From assembly GCA_964016885.1 (NCBI GenBank), contig OZ024742.1, positions 192,758,001 through 192,822,000 on the forward strand: a stretch of 64,000 bases of DNA. Reading direction: 5' to 3'. This document shows positions 26,506-39,842 of this stretch, one piece after another; within the stretch, counting starts at the first letter, position 1; every line of letters starts with the position of its first letter. Under the pieces are notes generated by a model, which was not told the origin of the DNA, ran no database searches, and was given only the letters and a program-made list of their open reading frames with translations. A program made the position numbers and the translations under genes. Source of the stretch: Eledone cirrhosa (taxonomy: Eukaryota).

Positions 26506-29500
26506 TCAGATATTCAGGACGTATCGGAGGGTTCTTGCCGTTCCAAGCAAGCATGCCTTTTGAAGCGTTCCAAAAAGCGTGAAGGGGCCGATTTTCTTTA
26601 ACCATCCCTGGAAACCTTTGGAGATAGTCCCCAGTGCGCCTATGACAATCGGGATCACTTTGACTTCATGGCAGTTCCAAATCCTTTTCACCTCCCACTT
26701 TAGGTCCTGGTATCGGTTAATTTTCTCCCTCTCCTTCTCTTGCACTCTCGTGTCGAACGGGCAGGCCACATCCACAATCAGGCACGATCTTTTTTCTTTG
26801 TCCACAACCACCAGGTCAGGTCTATTGTGTTCCAGTTTTTTGTCCGTCTGTATCCTAAAATCCCACAGCACCTTCACCTGACTGTTCTCCATCACCGCCT
26901 CTGGCCTATGCTCATACCATTTCTCAGAATGTGGTAGATTGTTTACTTTGCACAGGTGCCAGTGGATCACCCTGCCCATCACATCGTGTCTCCAGCCCTT
27001 ATAGTGGGTCTGGGCTAGGTGTTTACACTCGGACACAATGTGAGCCACAGTCTCCTCTCTCTCTCCACAGATTCTGCACAGTGGGCTAGCCTCCTCCTTG
27101 TAGATATGGTGCTTCAACCACTTCGTTTTGAGGGCCTGCTCCTGCGCAGCCATTAGCATTCCTTCTGTAGCCTTTTTGAGGTCTCCTCTTCTCAACCAGT
27201 TCCATGTCTGTGGATCTCTAAATTCAGTTTTCTCAAAGAAGGTACTATGAAGGGATTTTCCCTTAAGGCTGCTCTTCCTCCTTGATGTTATTTCCTCCTT
27301 GGGTATCCCCTGGCCTACTGTCCCCTCCTTCAGTACAGCTCTGAGCATTGGCTCCTTACTATAGGTCACGTATTTGTATAGGTTGTTTTTCTCCATCTGA
27401 ACACAGTCCTCTATGCTGATAAGACCTCTTCCACCCTCAGATCTCCTTAGGTAGAGTCTATCGACATCACTCCTCTTGTGGAACATGTTGTAGATAGTCA
27501 ATAGCTTCCTAGTCTTCCTATCCATTTCTTTTTGTTCAGCAACATTCCATCTCAGAATTCCCGCACTGTACCTAATAATAGACACAGCTCGGGAATTTAC
27601 TGCGCTTATGGCATTTCTGCTGTTCAGATGTGACTTCAATACGCTCCTTACTCTCCGAATGTATTCAGTTCTTAACAATTCCTTCATTTTTTTGTTCTTT
27701 ATGCCATCAGCCTCCAGAACGCCCAAATACTTGTATCCTTCCTCAGAGTCAATTTCCTTTATCATCTCACCTGTTGGTATCTGGATCCCGTTACTTCTGC
27801 TCAACCTACCCCTCCTCATCACAATGACTCCACATTTACCAATACCAAACTGCATACATATATCACTGCTGAAAATACGGACAGTGTCAACAAGCACATC
27901 CAACTCCTTCTCACTTTTCCCGAAGAGCTTAAGATCGTCCATGAAGAGGAGGTGATTGATGGTAAGCTCTCCCCTTCCCAACTTGTATCCTGCTCTCACT
28001 TTTCGCAGCATAATGGTCAAGGGCATCAGGGCAAGGACAAACAACAGAGGGGACAGGCTATCTCCCTGGAAGATACCTCTCTTGATCTTCACGCTTCCCA
28101 AGGATACTCCAGTTGATGTCAACTCTGTCTCCCAGGACCCCATACTCCTGCCCAGCAACTGTCTGATGTTATCTGCCACCCTGAAGATCTCCAGGCTTTT
28201 GGTGATCCAGGAATGAGGCACCATGTCAAATGCCTTTCTGTAGTCTATCCATCCCATGGCAAGATCAGTGTGTCTCCTCCTGCAATTCCCCATTACCATC
28301 TTATCAATAAGCAACTGGTCCTTTGTACCACGTGACTTCTTTCGGCATCCTTTCTGTTCGTCCGGCAACAAGTTGTTTGTGTGGAGGTGATGGTAGATTT
28401 CCTCAGACACAATGCTCGTCAACAGTTTCCACATTACGGGCAGACATGTGATAGGTCTATAGTTGGTAACATCATTACCCTTGATTCGGTCTTTCATTAT
28501 CAGAACTGTGGTACCTTTTGTCAACCACTCTGGCACCTCACCCGACACCAAGCAGTCATTGAACATGGCCGCCAGCTTCGGGTGGAGGGATGTTAAATGT
28601 TTAATCCAATACCCCTGCACACCATCTGGGCCTGGTGATTTCCAGTTGGTTAGTTTGTTTGCTTGCCCCTTAAGAGTTTCAACTGTGATACTCAAATCAG
28701 TCTGTTGCTGTGCCTGCTCACCGATCTCCCTCTGTACTGTCTCAATCCACCCTGCCTGGGCATTGTGTCTAACATCCTGCTCCCATATTCCTCTCCAGAA
28801 TGTTTTAGCTTGTTCCGCCCCAGGGATCAAGTCGGTGCCTCTTTCTTTCCCCTCAAGCTGTCCAAACAGCATCTTCTGGTTGTTGTCGAACATGCGGTTC
28901 TGTTTATACTGACTGACTCTGTTCTCGTATCGCCTGATTTTGGCACCCTTTGCTACAATGCGTTGCTTCAATTCCTCTATGATAATATTTAGCTTTTTAC
29001 TCCTAGTTTTGTATTTTATTTCCAGTCTATTTTTAGTGCCTATGTTTTTTAGTGTCCCATTCAGTAGTGACTCAAGCTTTCCTATGTCATTTCTCATTTC
29101 CCCGATTTGCCCACTCAGTCGCTTCTTCCACCACGGCTCTGCTCTTTCTTGTCTGTTGTTTCCTCTCGCTTTTATACCAAGTAGTTTCCTCACCGTATTT
29201 GCTGTTGCTTTGAGGATATTGTTGCACTGGTGAAGACTCCTCGCCTCAAGGTATGGGATGACTTTGTTTACCTTAGCTGTTGTTTCTTTTAACTTTTTCC
29301 TGTCTACAAATCTTAGGTTCATAGGTCTCCCACTATCATTGTTCAACTCATCTACCACTAAATTTAGGATGTCAACCGAATCTTGTCCTAGCCCGTCAGC
29401 ATTCATCTCCTCAGTGGCCGTATCTCTGTTCCAGGTATTATTTATCTCAGTATTCAGATCATTGTCTGCTTCGGGTGGTTCCTCCGTTCTCAGGACCTCC

Positions 29501-29898
29501 TCACCTTCATTTCCCGCCGGCTCGCTTGTCTGGCATACTACACCCGCCATCTCCAAGCCATTCTCTCTGCTCAGCTCCTCCAGTTCCAGCTCGCTTATCC
29601 ACCCATTAGTTCTTATTACCCGAGCCTGCCCGGCCAATTTTTGTTCATCTAATTTAAATAAACCAATCTCGTTCCAGATGTTATGCATCCGTCTCCTGTA
29701 GCCCCTCTCCTTGGGGTTACTTTTCAGGTAGCATTGCATAACAGTTCTATTCAATTCTTTCGTCCAGTTGGTTCTGGCCCCTTTCCTTCTTCTTCTTCCT
29801 CCAACATCAGCAGTATTTCGTTGACAGTCAGGTTCCTGCTGCTGAGCCAGGGGGCACCTGTTGGGTGAGAGTCTGTCACATGACGTTCTAGTCTCCAT
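26506..29898 (-). CDS. R4/Dong polyprotein (RT + RLE), copy 2
   Basis: Same motifs; intact 1130 aa; 10 aa differences from copy 1 by my count. Confidence 0.96.
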   Translation of the reverse strand: METRTSCDRLSPNRCPLAQQQEPDCQRNTADVGGRRRRKGARTNWTKELNRTVMQCYLKSNPKERGYRRRMHNIWNEIGLFKLDEQKLAGQARVIRTNGWISELELEELSRENGLEMAGVVCQTSEPAGNEGEEVLRTEEPPEADNDLNTEINNTWNRDTATEEMNADGLGQDSVDILNLVVDELNNDSGRPMNLRFVDRKKLKETTAKVNKVIPYLEARSLHQCNNILKATANTVRKLLGIKARGNNRQERAEPWWKKRLSGQIGEMRNDIGKLESLLNGTLKNIGTKNRLEIKYKTRSKKLNIIIEELKQRIVAKGAKIRRYENRVSQYKQNRMFDNNQKMLFGQLEGKERGTDLIPGAEQAKTFWRGIWEQDVRHNAQAGWIETVQREIGEQAQQQTDLSITVETLKGQANKLTNWKSPGPDGVQGYWIKHLTSLHPKLAAMFNDCLVSGEVPEWLTKGTTVLIMKDRIKGNDVTNYRPITCLPVMWKLLTSIVSEEIYHHLHTNNLLPDEQKGCRKKSRGTKDQLLIDKMVMGNCRRRHTDLAMGWIDYRKAFDMVPHSWITKSLEIFRVADNIRQLLGRSMGSWETELTSTGVSLGSVKIKRGIFQGDSLSPLLFVLALMPLTIMLRKVRAGYKLGRGELTINHLLFMDDLKLFGKSEKELDVLVDTVRIFSSDICMQFGIGKCGVIVMRRGRLSRSNGIQIPTGEMIKEIDSEEGYKYLGVLEADGIKNKKMKELLRTEYIRRVRSVLKSHLNSRNAISAVNSRAVSIIRYSAGILRWNVAEQKEMDRKTRKLLTIYNMFHKRSDVDRLYLRRSEGGRGLISIEDCVQMEKNNLYKYVTYSKEPMLRAVLKEGTVGQGIPKEEITSRRKSSLKGKSLHSTFFEKTEFRDPQTWNWLRRGDLKKATEGMLMAAQEQALKTKWLKHHIYKEEASPLCRICGEREETVAHIVSECKHLAQTHYKGWRHDVMGRVIHWHLCKVNNLPHSEKWYEHRPEAVMENSQVKVLWDFRIQTDKKLEHNRPDLVVVDKEKRSCLIVDVACPFDTRVQEKEREKINRYQDLKWEVKRIWNCHEVKVIPIVIGALGTISKGFQGWLKKIGPFTLFGTLQKACLLGTARTLRYVLNI

Positions 29899-30468
29899 TT
29901 CACCGTTATTCGAACTGTTTATGTTCGATATTTAAACACTCTTATCGAGGATTGGCGAATGTATGTTTACATAGCCATCTGTGGATCCGCCATCCCACTT
30001 GGCCCTTGTGTGGCATTATCACCACGCTGTATACGGACACACATAAACAAACAAACACACGGGCAGAAAGGGCCCCAAAAATGAATAAGCATAAGTTTCA
30101 TTGTAATGTAGTATTCGAATGTCTGACTTAGTTTTTGTTTTTTAAGTTTTACTTTTTCCCCCCTCTTCTCTGTCCGTCCGCCTGCTTCTCTCTTCATTCT
30201 TATTTTCTTTACGTTTTTGGGGTTTCTTCTTTTGTTTTTGTTTTTCTCTGTTTTTCTCGTTTTTTACTGTTGTTGCTGTGCTGCTTTTGTTGTTTGTTTT
30301 TTCTTTTTTCTTTTGAGTCTATCTATATATTTTGATGCCTTCCTCTTTGTTAGTAGTAGGAATTCTATAATGTGGAAGTGGTAGCCAGCAGAGACTAGCG
30401 GCGTTGGCGATACTGAGACAGTGGTGGCGGTGATGTCGATACCGAGGCAGTGGTGGCGGTGATGCGAC

Positions 30469-31116
30469 CGTATTACTGTAGTGATGGTGCTGTAGCGGTG
30501 GCAGCAGCAGTGAAGGAGTCAGGGGGTGGTGGCGGCGGTGATGGGATAGTGGTGGTAATGATGGCCGTAGTGAGCGGTGGCGGTGAAGGTGAAAATGCTG
30601 TTGTGTTTAGTGTACACAGATGATGGGGTGGGTGGTGTATCTAGTTTCTGGTGTTGGTGAGTTTCGCTGTCCTATATAGTGTAGCCAGAGGAGAGGAGGG
30701 GGGAGGGGTTCTTCTTCTTCCATTTATAGCCATTTTATTTATTTTTTTTTTTTTGGATATACAGTGTACAATACAAAGTTGAATATTTGAATATTTGAGC
30801 CGTATTACTGTAGTGATGGTGCTGTAGCGGTGGCAGCAGCAGTGAAGGAGTCAAGGGGTGGTGGCGGCGGTGATGGGATAGTGGTGGTAATGATGGCCGT
30901 AGTGAGCGGTGGCGGTGAAGGTGAAAATGCTGTTGTGTTTAGTGTACACAGATGATGGGGTGGGCGGTGTATCTAGTTTCTGGTGTTGGTGAGTTTAGCT
31001 GTCCTATATAGTGTAGCCAGAGGAGAGGAGGGGGGGTTCTTCTTCTTCCATTTATAGCCATTTTTTTTTGGATATACAGTGTACAATACAAAGTTGAATA
31101 TTTGAATATTTGAGCC
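30469..31116. repeat. ~330-bp tandem duplication inside the copy-2 5' UTR
   Basis: cgtattactgtagtgatgg restarts at 30801 after tttgagc; single in copy 1. Confidence 0.9.
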
Positions 31117-31282
31117 TTATAACAATATATTTTGGGTCCGAATTTTTTGGGGCTCAAGCCGGGTGCTTTACGTAGCATTTGTACTAAGAGTTGTTATTTC
31201 ACAAATGATTTAAATATGTTAAAAATTCAAAACTTACGGGAGCGATTTCATGACCTCCGTCACCTCGTGCGTCTTCTTCCCT

Positions 31283-31356
<74 letters not shown>

Positions 31357-31570
31357 GATTGGCAGTCTCGGTAGAGCGTCAGACACCATGCCTTGCAGAT
31401 AGGGTTATGGCCCTTTACGTTCTGTGTTCAAATGCCGCCGAGGTTAGCTTTGGCTTTCATCCTTACAGAGTCGATAAAATATAGCACCAGTAATATATTG
31501 GCGTCGATTTAATCAACTTTCACCTCCTCCAAAATTGCTGGCCTTATGCTTAAAGTAGAAACAATTATCA
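31357..31570 (+). mobile_element. OR-like SINE
   Basis: Reverse complement of the family at 6947; B box gttcaaatgcc. Confidence 0.8.
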
Positions 31571-32285
31571 TAATTGATTGTGTTTTTCGTTTTCCTTCAG
31601 TTTTGTTTCCATTTATTGTCGATTGTCCTCCCGACACCTAGGGTAGAAAACTCACTGCATACATTGATAATAAACACACCAGATTGTTCTCGTCACACAT
31701 TTCACACACTTACAAATATTTCATTTCTCTGTCTAAAATCCTATTTACAACGTAATGATATTGAAGCATATAAGTGTGCTGGATTATTTAAAACTTACAT
31801 AATTATGGAATGTAATCTAATAAAGTTTTGCAAATGTTACATAAATGATTATCTTTCCCAGAGAGATAGTGTTCTTTTCAATATGTGTGTCGACTAGTTA
31901 AAACAATATGTTGCTCTTCTTGCAGTGCTGATAAAGCCAATGATAATTCTAAATAATAGATGCACTACTCGAATCTCAGAAACCGTAAAGTAGAAAAACT
32001 AAATGTAAATCAATATAACTAGCAGTAGCACCCGGCGTTACTCGGGAAAGAGATGACTCAGTCGGTGGACAAGTTCATGGAAAATAATAATGACATCTTT
32101 GCATAAATATGCTACTTCCATGTCTATGGGTTTGAGCTGCAGTTATCTTTTAAATCCATACGCATACGATCAACAGAGCAAATGAACAATGGCAATAAAA
32201 GGAATCGGATCTTTGATTGATTTGGTTTCAATGATTCGACTGGTCTGCAGTCATAGAAGGTCAAGGTCTCAAAAAATCTCGACAA

Positions 32286-32397
<112 letters not shown>

Positions 32398-33309
32398 CAT
32401 ACATACACACAAGGAATGTATATGTTTCTGAAACTAATACATTTATGGAGAATTTCAATCATTATTTTCTATTAAATTGTCCTCAGACCGAGTCATATTT
32501 TTCCCGTGTAACGTCGGGTACTACTGTTAGTTATATTGATTTACATTTAATTTTCTACTTTACGGCCTTGGAGATTCGAGTACTGCATCTAATGGTTCGT
32601 GTGATTACCCACTGTGAATTACCGAAAATTGTGAAACGACACTAGAAAGCTTTTAAAATTTACTATTGAATACATAAGTTTCGTATAAGTCGTCAAATCA
32701 TCAAAACGGATTTAAAATTAAATCCTCGAATGTAGTCAGTACGCAACAATTCACTAAACAAGGATAGTTATCTTGTCATGGAGGTGCTGGCACGGGTGTG
32801 TGGTTAAGATATATGTTTTGCATTTAAATGGTTCTTGTTTGATTTAAATTGGTTGACATTTATATCTTCAGGGGCGTGCTTAAGGTTTGATTGACAGGCG
32901 GGTTGTGAAGTTAGCACCGGGGATTTCTCCGATAAGACCAAGGAAAGAAAAAGAAAACTGTGTGGTTACGATAAAATATATAGTGAGAGTGAAATGGAAA
33001 TGAATTCAGACAGTCAGTATGTGATTAAATGTGCTGGATTAACTAGTTTCGATAGTTGTAGATAAATTTAATGTTTATGGGAGAATTAGTGTCTGTTTTC
33101 TATTTGCATGTTCCATAACCTAGGTAATTAGTAATGTTTTATGGCTCTAGGCTAGTAGTATGTTAATTTGATATTGTCTCCTCTCCCGCATCATTAAGAC
33201 TATTTTCAGTGTTTTGAATTAGGATCTATTGTCGTTTTCTTTTAGGACAAAATGAAATAAAGAATTGTTTGTATGAGAATATAGTGAGTGTTGTTGGATG
33301 GTGTGGCTG

Positions 33310-33500
33310 GTGTGTAGGTGTTATGTAAATGTTGCGTACATGTTGTGTAAGTGTGGTGTAAGTATTGTGTAGGTGTTGTGTAGGCGCTGTGTAAGTGTTG
33401 TGAAAGTGTTGCGTAGGTGTTGTGTAGGTGTCGTGTAAGTGTTGTGAAGGTGTTGTGAAAGTGTTGCGGAGGTGTTTTGTAGGTAATATCTAGGTGTTAT
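33310..33500. repeat. 11-bp minisatellite (gtgttgtgtag/aa)
   Basis: Directly visible. Confidence 0.85.
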
Positions 33501-34109
33501 TCAATGTAGAGGTTTAGAGTATAGTTAGTATTTAGCGGAATGAGATCTATGCTAAAAACCTATCATATAAGCATTTAGTGGGTTAAGCAGTTTAGTTGGA
33601 TATTGTAGAGTACCGTATGTGTTAGTGTTATTTTTATACCTATCACTGTGTATGTCTTTTTCTACAGGAAAGCGGAGTCGGTTTCTGTGTTTCTTGGATT
33701 GTTAGTGTTGTTTGTGGTTTCCTCTCCAGGTTATTTGGTTTTAATTGTAGGCTCTGGTGTATGCTTTTAGTGCGTGTTTATAACATCTATCGTTATTGCT
33801 GAGAGGTGTAACTGTTGGTGTATCAATGTGACATCCCTGTAGGGAAGATGCTTTGTCATAATCTGTAAGTTAGTCTATGGAATATAGTATATTCCTACGC
33901 AGCTTGAATGGTGTATTTATTTTCGTAGGTCCGTTATACCTCTCTATAGTCTCTTTGTGATTTTTGAGATTGTTTGTAAACGAACTGTGTTGATGAGTTT
34001 CTAACGCGTGTGGTTCATAAGTCCATTGTTCCGATATAAGCCGCCAGGTGAAAGTTTCTATCATTTTGTGGAGGATATGTGCTTCAATCAAGTCGGTTAC
34101 TTTCGCAGA

Positions 34110-34492
34110 CCAGTTTGTATATATATTTGGTACAGAGCGAAATACCTGTTGATAACGCGATATTCCTTGTTCGATCGTTATACACGAAACTTATATTTTT
34201 AAGAAGACTATATTTTGATTTAGGTGTCACAGAAACTCTACATCGGATTTTAACAGCAATTCCATTTATTTTTTATGATTTATTTTGTTTTGACCTGTTT
34301 AGCATGATTTGGTTTTTGGCTTGGGTGGTTAATGCCTTCTTGACCACCTTTTCAGTTTTGTATGGCTTCTTAACACATTGTTTAGTTCTGGTTTTTAACT
34401 ATTGAGCACTTTGCCAGTATTATTTCTGATTTTTGCGTTTCGCTTCTCTTTTTCCTGCCCGCCGAAAATGCGATTCTCGCTGAATCTTTATT

Positions 34493-34495
<3 letters not shown>
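34110..34495. repeat. Unclassified repeat end, homologous to ~60280-60615
   Basis: Shared ttgcgtttcgct..cccgccgaaa(a)tgcgattct and tgttcgatc; both end at (TA)n. Confidence 0.55.
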
Positions 34496-34560
<65 letters not shown>

Positions 34561-35112
34561 CGCGTGCGTGTGTGTTTAATACGTTGTATCTTTACGTTAC
34601 TATTGGTTCACAAATACCGGAATTAACTTAATGATGATATTTTGATACCACGTTTCTACTCATTATATATATATACATTAATACATACATACATACCCCC
34701 CCCCCCCCACACACACACATATACATATATATATATATATATGTAACATTTCTATTTAAATTTTGGGGATACAACAAGCAAATATTTTTATAACTGATAT
34801 AAAGCACTCAACAAATATTTGGAGTAAAAATGCGATATTAACAAATGGAAACTATATTTATAAAACCATATTTATTTCATTATACATATTTCAAGGACAC
34901 CAAGTTACATTATGGTGTGCTTTCATCAGATAAAATATAATATAGATCAGTTTTATAAATAAATATTGACATACCCTTAAAGAATGCAACCATTACTGTT
35001 GGAAGCTCCCGGATAGTGGAGTTGTTTAATTATATTATTATTAGTATTGGATATTTTTATTTTTAAAATAAGCCGTTGGGTTACATAGAAAGAAAAAGAT
35101 AAAGAAGGAGAG

Positions 35113-35182
<70 letters not shown>

Positions 35183-35884
35183 AAAACAACAGAGAGAGAA
35201 AGATATATATAGAGAGAGGAGACAGAGAGAATGGGAGAGAACGAAAACCTCTAAGTCATATCTTGTTGAGTTAACTTAACAATTGAGATGAAATGAATAA
35301 ATAAAATTAGAAATGTTAATAATCATGAATGGGATATACATATATAATATGAGAAATTAACCATTATTTAAATATGATTAGATGTTTAGTTAATCATTTA
35401 AAAATTGAGATCAATATATTAAAAACTGTGATCTATACATTAAGAAATCCATATATTACTAGAGAACTACATTTCATATAACACGGATACACACGCAAAA
35501 ATACATATAAATATATATACACACTTATAAAATACATAACATATCTAACTACGTATATAATATATACACACAAAGCATAAAGGATTCTTTAATTTAATTT
35601 AAGATATAGGAATCTTTAAAATGTTATAATTGTTAAGATATTAAAGGACATTTTATGTTATACACAGTTTATGTTATTAAACAAAATTTTTTTATATAAG
35701 TTTTATAAGATTACCTGTTATGTAATAATGGCTGTTATTATATGTCTATCTGTCACGAATCTTGGGATAATCACTATACATAAGTGCAATCAAATTATAT
35801 GGATATACACGCACATGTACATACACAATTCTCACATATATATATATATACATGTGCGTGTACCCTCAGCCGAATAGGTAGATA

Positions 35885-35948
<64 letters not shown>

Positions 35949-36108
35949 CAAAGAGGTATTTAATTTGTTGGTTATTCAAAAAATTTATTTATAACCGATT
36001 CGAAGCACTCTACAGCTTTCTGGTGTATATTATCAATGATATTAATAAATATTAATATGGATTTATAAATATAGTTTCCATTTATTTATATCATTTATAT
36101 ATATATAT

Positions 36109-36154
<46 letters not shown>

Positions 36155-36784
36155 GTGTATGTATATGTGTGTTCATCTCGAGTCCGAGTTAAATCAGGGG
36201 TAGGGGGCGGGTGACTAAAGCTAAAAAGATACTGAATACATTAATAGAGTGTAATTATCATATTTAATATAGAATTGACTTTACAAGACTAGAACAGTTT
36301 TATTTGCATGAAATCAACAGGGCATTCCTGATGGTCTCATACAAATATATATACTATATAAAAAGTATCGATGTATATTAAATATTTACCGATAATGCTT
36401 CTCAATAAAAAAAAAAGCTCAATAGACCTTAATTCAGGATATTATCAGCTGTACAAGTTTAACCGATATAAAGAGAAAGGAGAAATGGGTTTATATAATT
36501 CGCGAAACACATAGGTGTTTGTACACATATATAAAACAAATAATTTAGCACTACCTTAAACTATGTAATATTTGCTCTATACATGTGTACAATGCTATGT
36601 GCTTCTCAAAAGATGCCTTTCTCTCTCTCTCTATCTCTCTCTTTCTCTCTCCCCCTCTCTCTCTGTCTATCTCCCCTCTCTGTCTCTGCTATATATATAT
36701 ATATACACATATATATATAACTACCAACATATTATCGCTCTACATGGCTGAATACAATAAATGTAATCTGAGTTTTTCGAATAT

Positions 36785-36878
36785 TAGTAATAATATTCGA
36801 TTGATTTGCAATTATGCAAACAGCCTCTTTTAAGCCATGACAGTAGAATGAACCCCTCATTCTTGCCCGTGTGTTGGC

Positions 36879-36909
<31 letters not shown>

Positions 36910-37400
36910 ATGTAGGAGGTGAGTTTTATTGTAGTACAATAAAGCAATGCAGATATCGGATAAGAAGCACTCTACAGTTTGTGGGACTGGAGTATGCATA
37001 ATATAAGATCAAAAGATGGTTAAAGGAGTTCAATATATTTTATTATGCGCATTTCAAAAACAAACATCATCAAACAATAATATTTGTGTTTTCATTAGTA
37101 ATAATATTCGATTGATTTGCAATTATGCAAACAGCCTCTTTTAAGCCATGACAGTAGAATGAACCCCTCATTCTTGCCCGTGTGTTGGCATGTATATATA
37201 TATATATATATATATAATGTAGGAGGTGAGTTTTATTGTAGTACAATAAAGCAATGCAGATATCGGATAAGAAGCACTCTACAGTTTGTGGGACTGGAGT
37301 ATGCATAATATAAGATCAAAAGATGGTTAAAGGAGTTCAATATATTTTATTATGCGCATTTCAAAAACAAACATCATCAAACAAATATATTTGTGTTTTC
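36785..37400. repeat. ~308-bp tandem duplication of composite pLTR-like sequence
   Basis: 36785-37092 repeated at 37093-37400. Confidence 0.85.
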
Positions 37401-38801
37401 TCTCAGAACTCATATGGTCCTTAAAAGACAAAAACATTAAATATAACATCTTTTGGAAAAAGATTTCTTCTGCATCCTCATACTTGAACAGCTCTCTATC
37501 TAAAATCTGTAATCTCTGCCTAAATGAAAAATTTACCATTATCTCTAACCTAGAATCCATAATAAATAGACGCTCAGATTTGTTTTCTATCTGCCTGCAT
37601 AAATTCCATAGAACTTTTCACAAAGTATACAGTTAATATTCAATTCTTTATCAATTTAGAATCTTTTCTCAAAGGCACATATACATACACCTCTTTAAAA
37701 TATACCCATCTACCTATCTTTTTAATCTCAATTTCATCCTTAATTTATTATTATATTTTTTTTAATATATACTCATATATTCTTCAAAATATACCCATCT
37801 ACCTTACTTTAAAGGGCATTATACACTCTATAATACTCGTTTACTCATTACCCTCATTCTATCTCCTCGTAAAACAATAACATTTGTTTTTGACATTTTG
37901 AGTATTCATCCGCAATCATTATTTTTTTTTCTCTCTATCATAAATCTTTTTAATCTCAATTTCATCCTTAATTTATTATTATTTTTTTCTCCCCATCAAC
38001 GAACTCATTATTAATACATATGAATTCAATATACAAACTTTAACTTCACATTATTTTTCTCAAATCCTTCTACACATAAACTTTTTCTCTTTGCTAATTT
38101 TAAAATTCCTACATTTCTTCTTTTGACGTTAGAATATTCACCCACAATTATTATTTTTTTCTCTCTATCTTCATACATAATTTCCCTTCGTTAATTTTCA
38201 AATTCCTTTAATTTATACATTATCTTCCAACGGTTCCCAACCTCTCTATATTAAAACATTATATCTTTTTCTCAGTTATAAAAACTATCTCTTTCTCTCT
38301 ATCACCCATCTCTCCCTTTCCACCTTCACTCTCATCTCCTCCCCTTTTTTTCATCCTTTCCAACCCCCCCCCTCCCTAAATATAATATATTTTTTTTCCT
38401 CGCACATATCCTCCCTTCGTTAATTTTCAAAATTTTTAATTTATACAGTATCTTCCAACGGTTTTCAACCCCTCTATATAAAATATATCTCCTCTCAGTT
38501 ATAAAAACTATCTCTTTCTCTCTATCACCCATCTCTCCCTCTCATCTCCTTCCCTTTTCATCCTTTTCTCTCCCCCCCCCCCCCTCTCTAAATAAAATAT
38601 TTTTCCCAATATCACACATCAATCTAAAACCACTTTTCATATGTTGATTTAAAACTGCACTATCAACAAGTGTTTTTTTAGCCTTCATATCATGTTCTCC
38701 TGTTTTATCTGATGAAAACACAAATATTATTGTTTGATGATGTTTGTTTTTGAAATGCGCATAATAAAATATATTGAACTCCTTTAACCATCTTTTGATC
38801 T

Positions 38802-38810
<9 letters not shown>
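37306..38810 (+). mobile_element. Naiad-like PLE 3' end (endonuclease C-terminus + long pLTR) with inverted left end
   Basis: LSELIWSLKD..ICNLCLNEKFTII..INRRSDLFSICLH; 37306-37400 is the reverse complement of 38713-38810. Confidence 0.82.
38703..38769 (+). ncRNA. Type I hammerhead motif in pLTR
   Basis: ttttat-CTGATGA-long stem II-GAAA-tgcgca-TA-ataaaa. Confidence 0.75.
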
Positions 38811-38879
<69 letters not shown>

Positions 38880-38881
<2 letters not shown>

Positions 38882-39842
38882 CGTTTCTGAATTTGTTTAG
38901 CAAGATTCTTTATCTGAAAACGTGTGTTGAAACCGATATTGTTATAATTTGGGAGAGTCATGTTGCCAATAAGAAACACACTCACCAGATGCTTTCACTT
39001 CAATTTATTATAATAAATTTATAAATTTAGGAATTTATAAATTTCCGGTTGGCTGGTTGATTCCACAACCAGATGGTTGTTTATATATTGTCAAAGTTCT
39101 TTCGTCACACATTCTGTGACCTCTTCAGTGACTGGGGATTCTTTTCTTTGTTTTTTGTGCCTCTCCTTTGTTCTGTCCTACGCCATCTTGTTTTTGTGTG
39201 TTGTGTGCTTGAACGATAAATGAACACTGGCGAGACCTTCAAGATAGTAAAGAATCATCTCTACTCTACCAACATGCTAAAATAGAACATAAGGTTAAAT
39301 TAGAGAACATAGAAATAAAAATAGAATCTACACACAGAAAAGACGCAATGTTTAGACAAATCACAGAGGCAATAAACATAAATGAATTACAACCAAAATT
39401 AAATAGAAAGCATGAGTGGAACAGCAACATCACAACTTACAATTAAGGACAAAATGAAAACACACACGCACATAGAACAAACAACCAACCAGTAACATGT
39501 AAATAAACAAATAACTAAACGAATATAAACACACACAGACACCCGGTTGTAACACCTGCGCAAACTAAGCACACAACACACACACAAAAACAAGATGGCG
39601 TAGGACAGAACAAAGGAGAGGCACAAAAAACAAAGAAAAGAATCCCCAGTCACTGAAGAGGTCACATAATGTGTGACGAAAGAACTTTGACAATATATAA
39701 ACAACCATCTGGTTGTCGAATCAACCAACCGGAAATTAATAAATTCTTAAATTTATAAATTTATTATAATAAATTGAAGTGAAAGAAACTGGTGCGTGTG
39801 TTTCTTATTGGCAACATGACCCTCCCAAATTATAACAATATA
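38880..39842. mobile_element. Nematis-like PLE 3' fragment with ~270-bp inverted repeat and a hammerhead in each arm
   Basis: ERINEHWRDL..AMFRQITEAINI..LNRKHEW at 39211-39445; 38936-39210 is the reverse complement of 39568-39841; motifs at 39090-39132(-) and 39649-39691(+). Confidence 0.85.

Larger units (their letters stand above)
26351..31284 (-). mobile_element. Full-length Dong/R4-clade retrotransposon, copy 2, with a 5' UTR duplication
   Basis: Near-identical to copy 1; bounded by (TAA)n at 26350 and 31285. Confidence 0.93.

Noticed and set aside
21968-29868. Plus-strand ORFs over the Dong elements
   Set aside because: Antisense shadows of the RT ORF
33310-33500. CRISPR-like array
   Set aside because: Simple minisatellite with no unique spacers, in eukaryotic context
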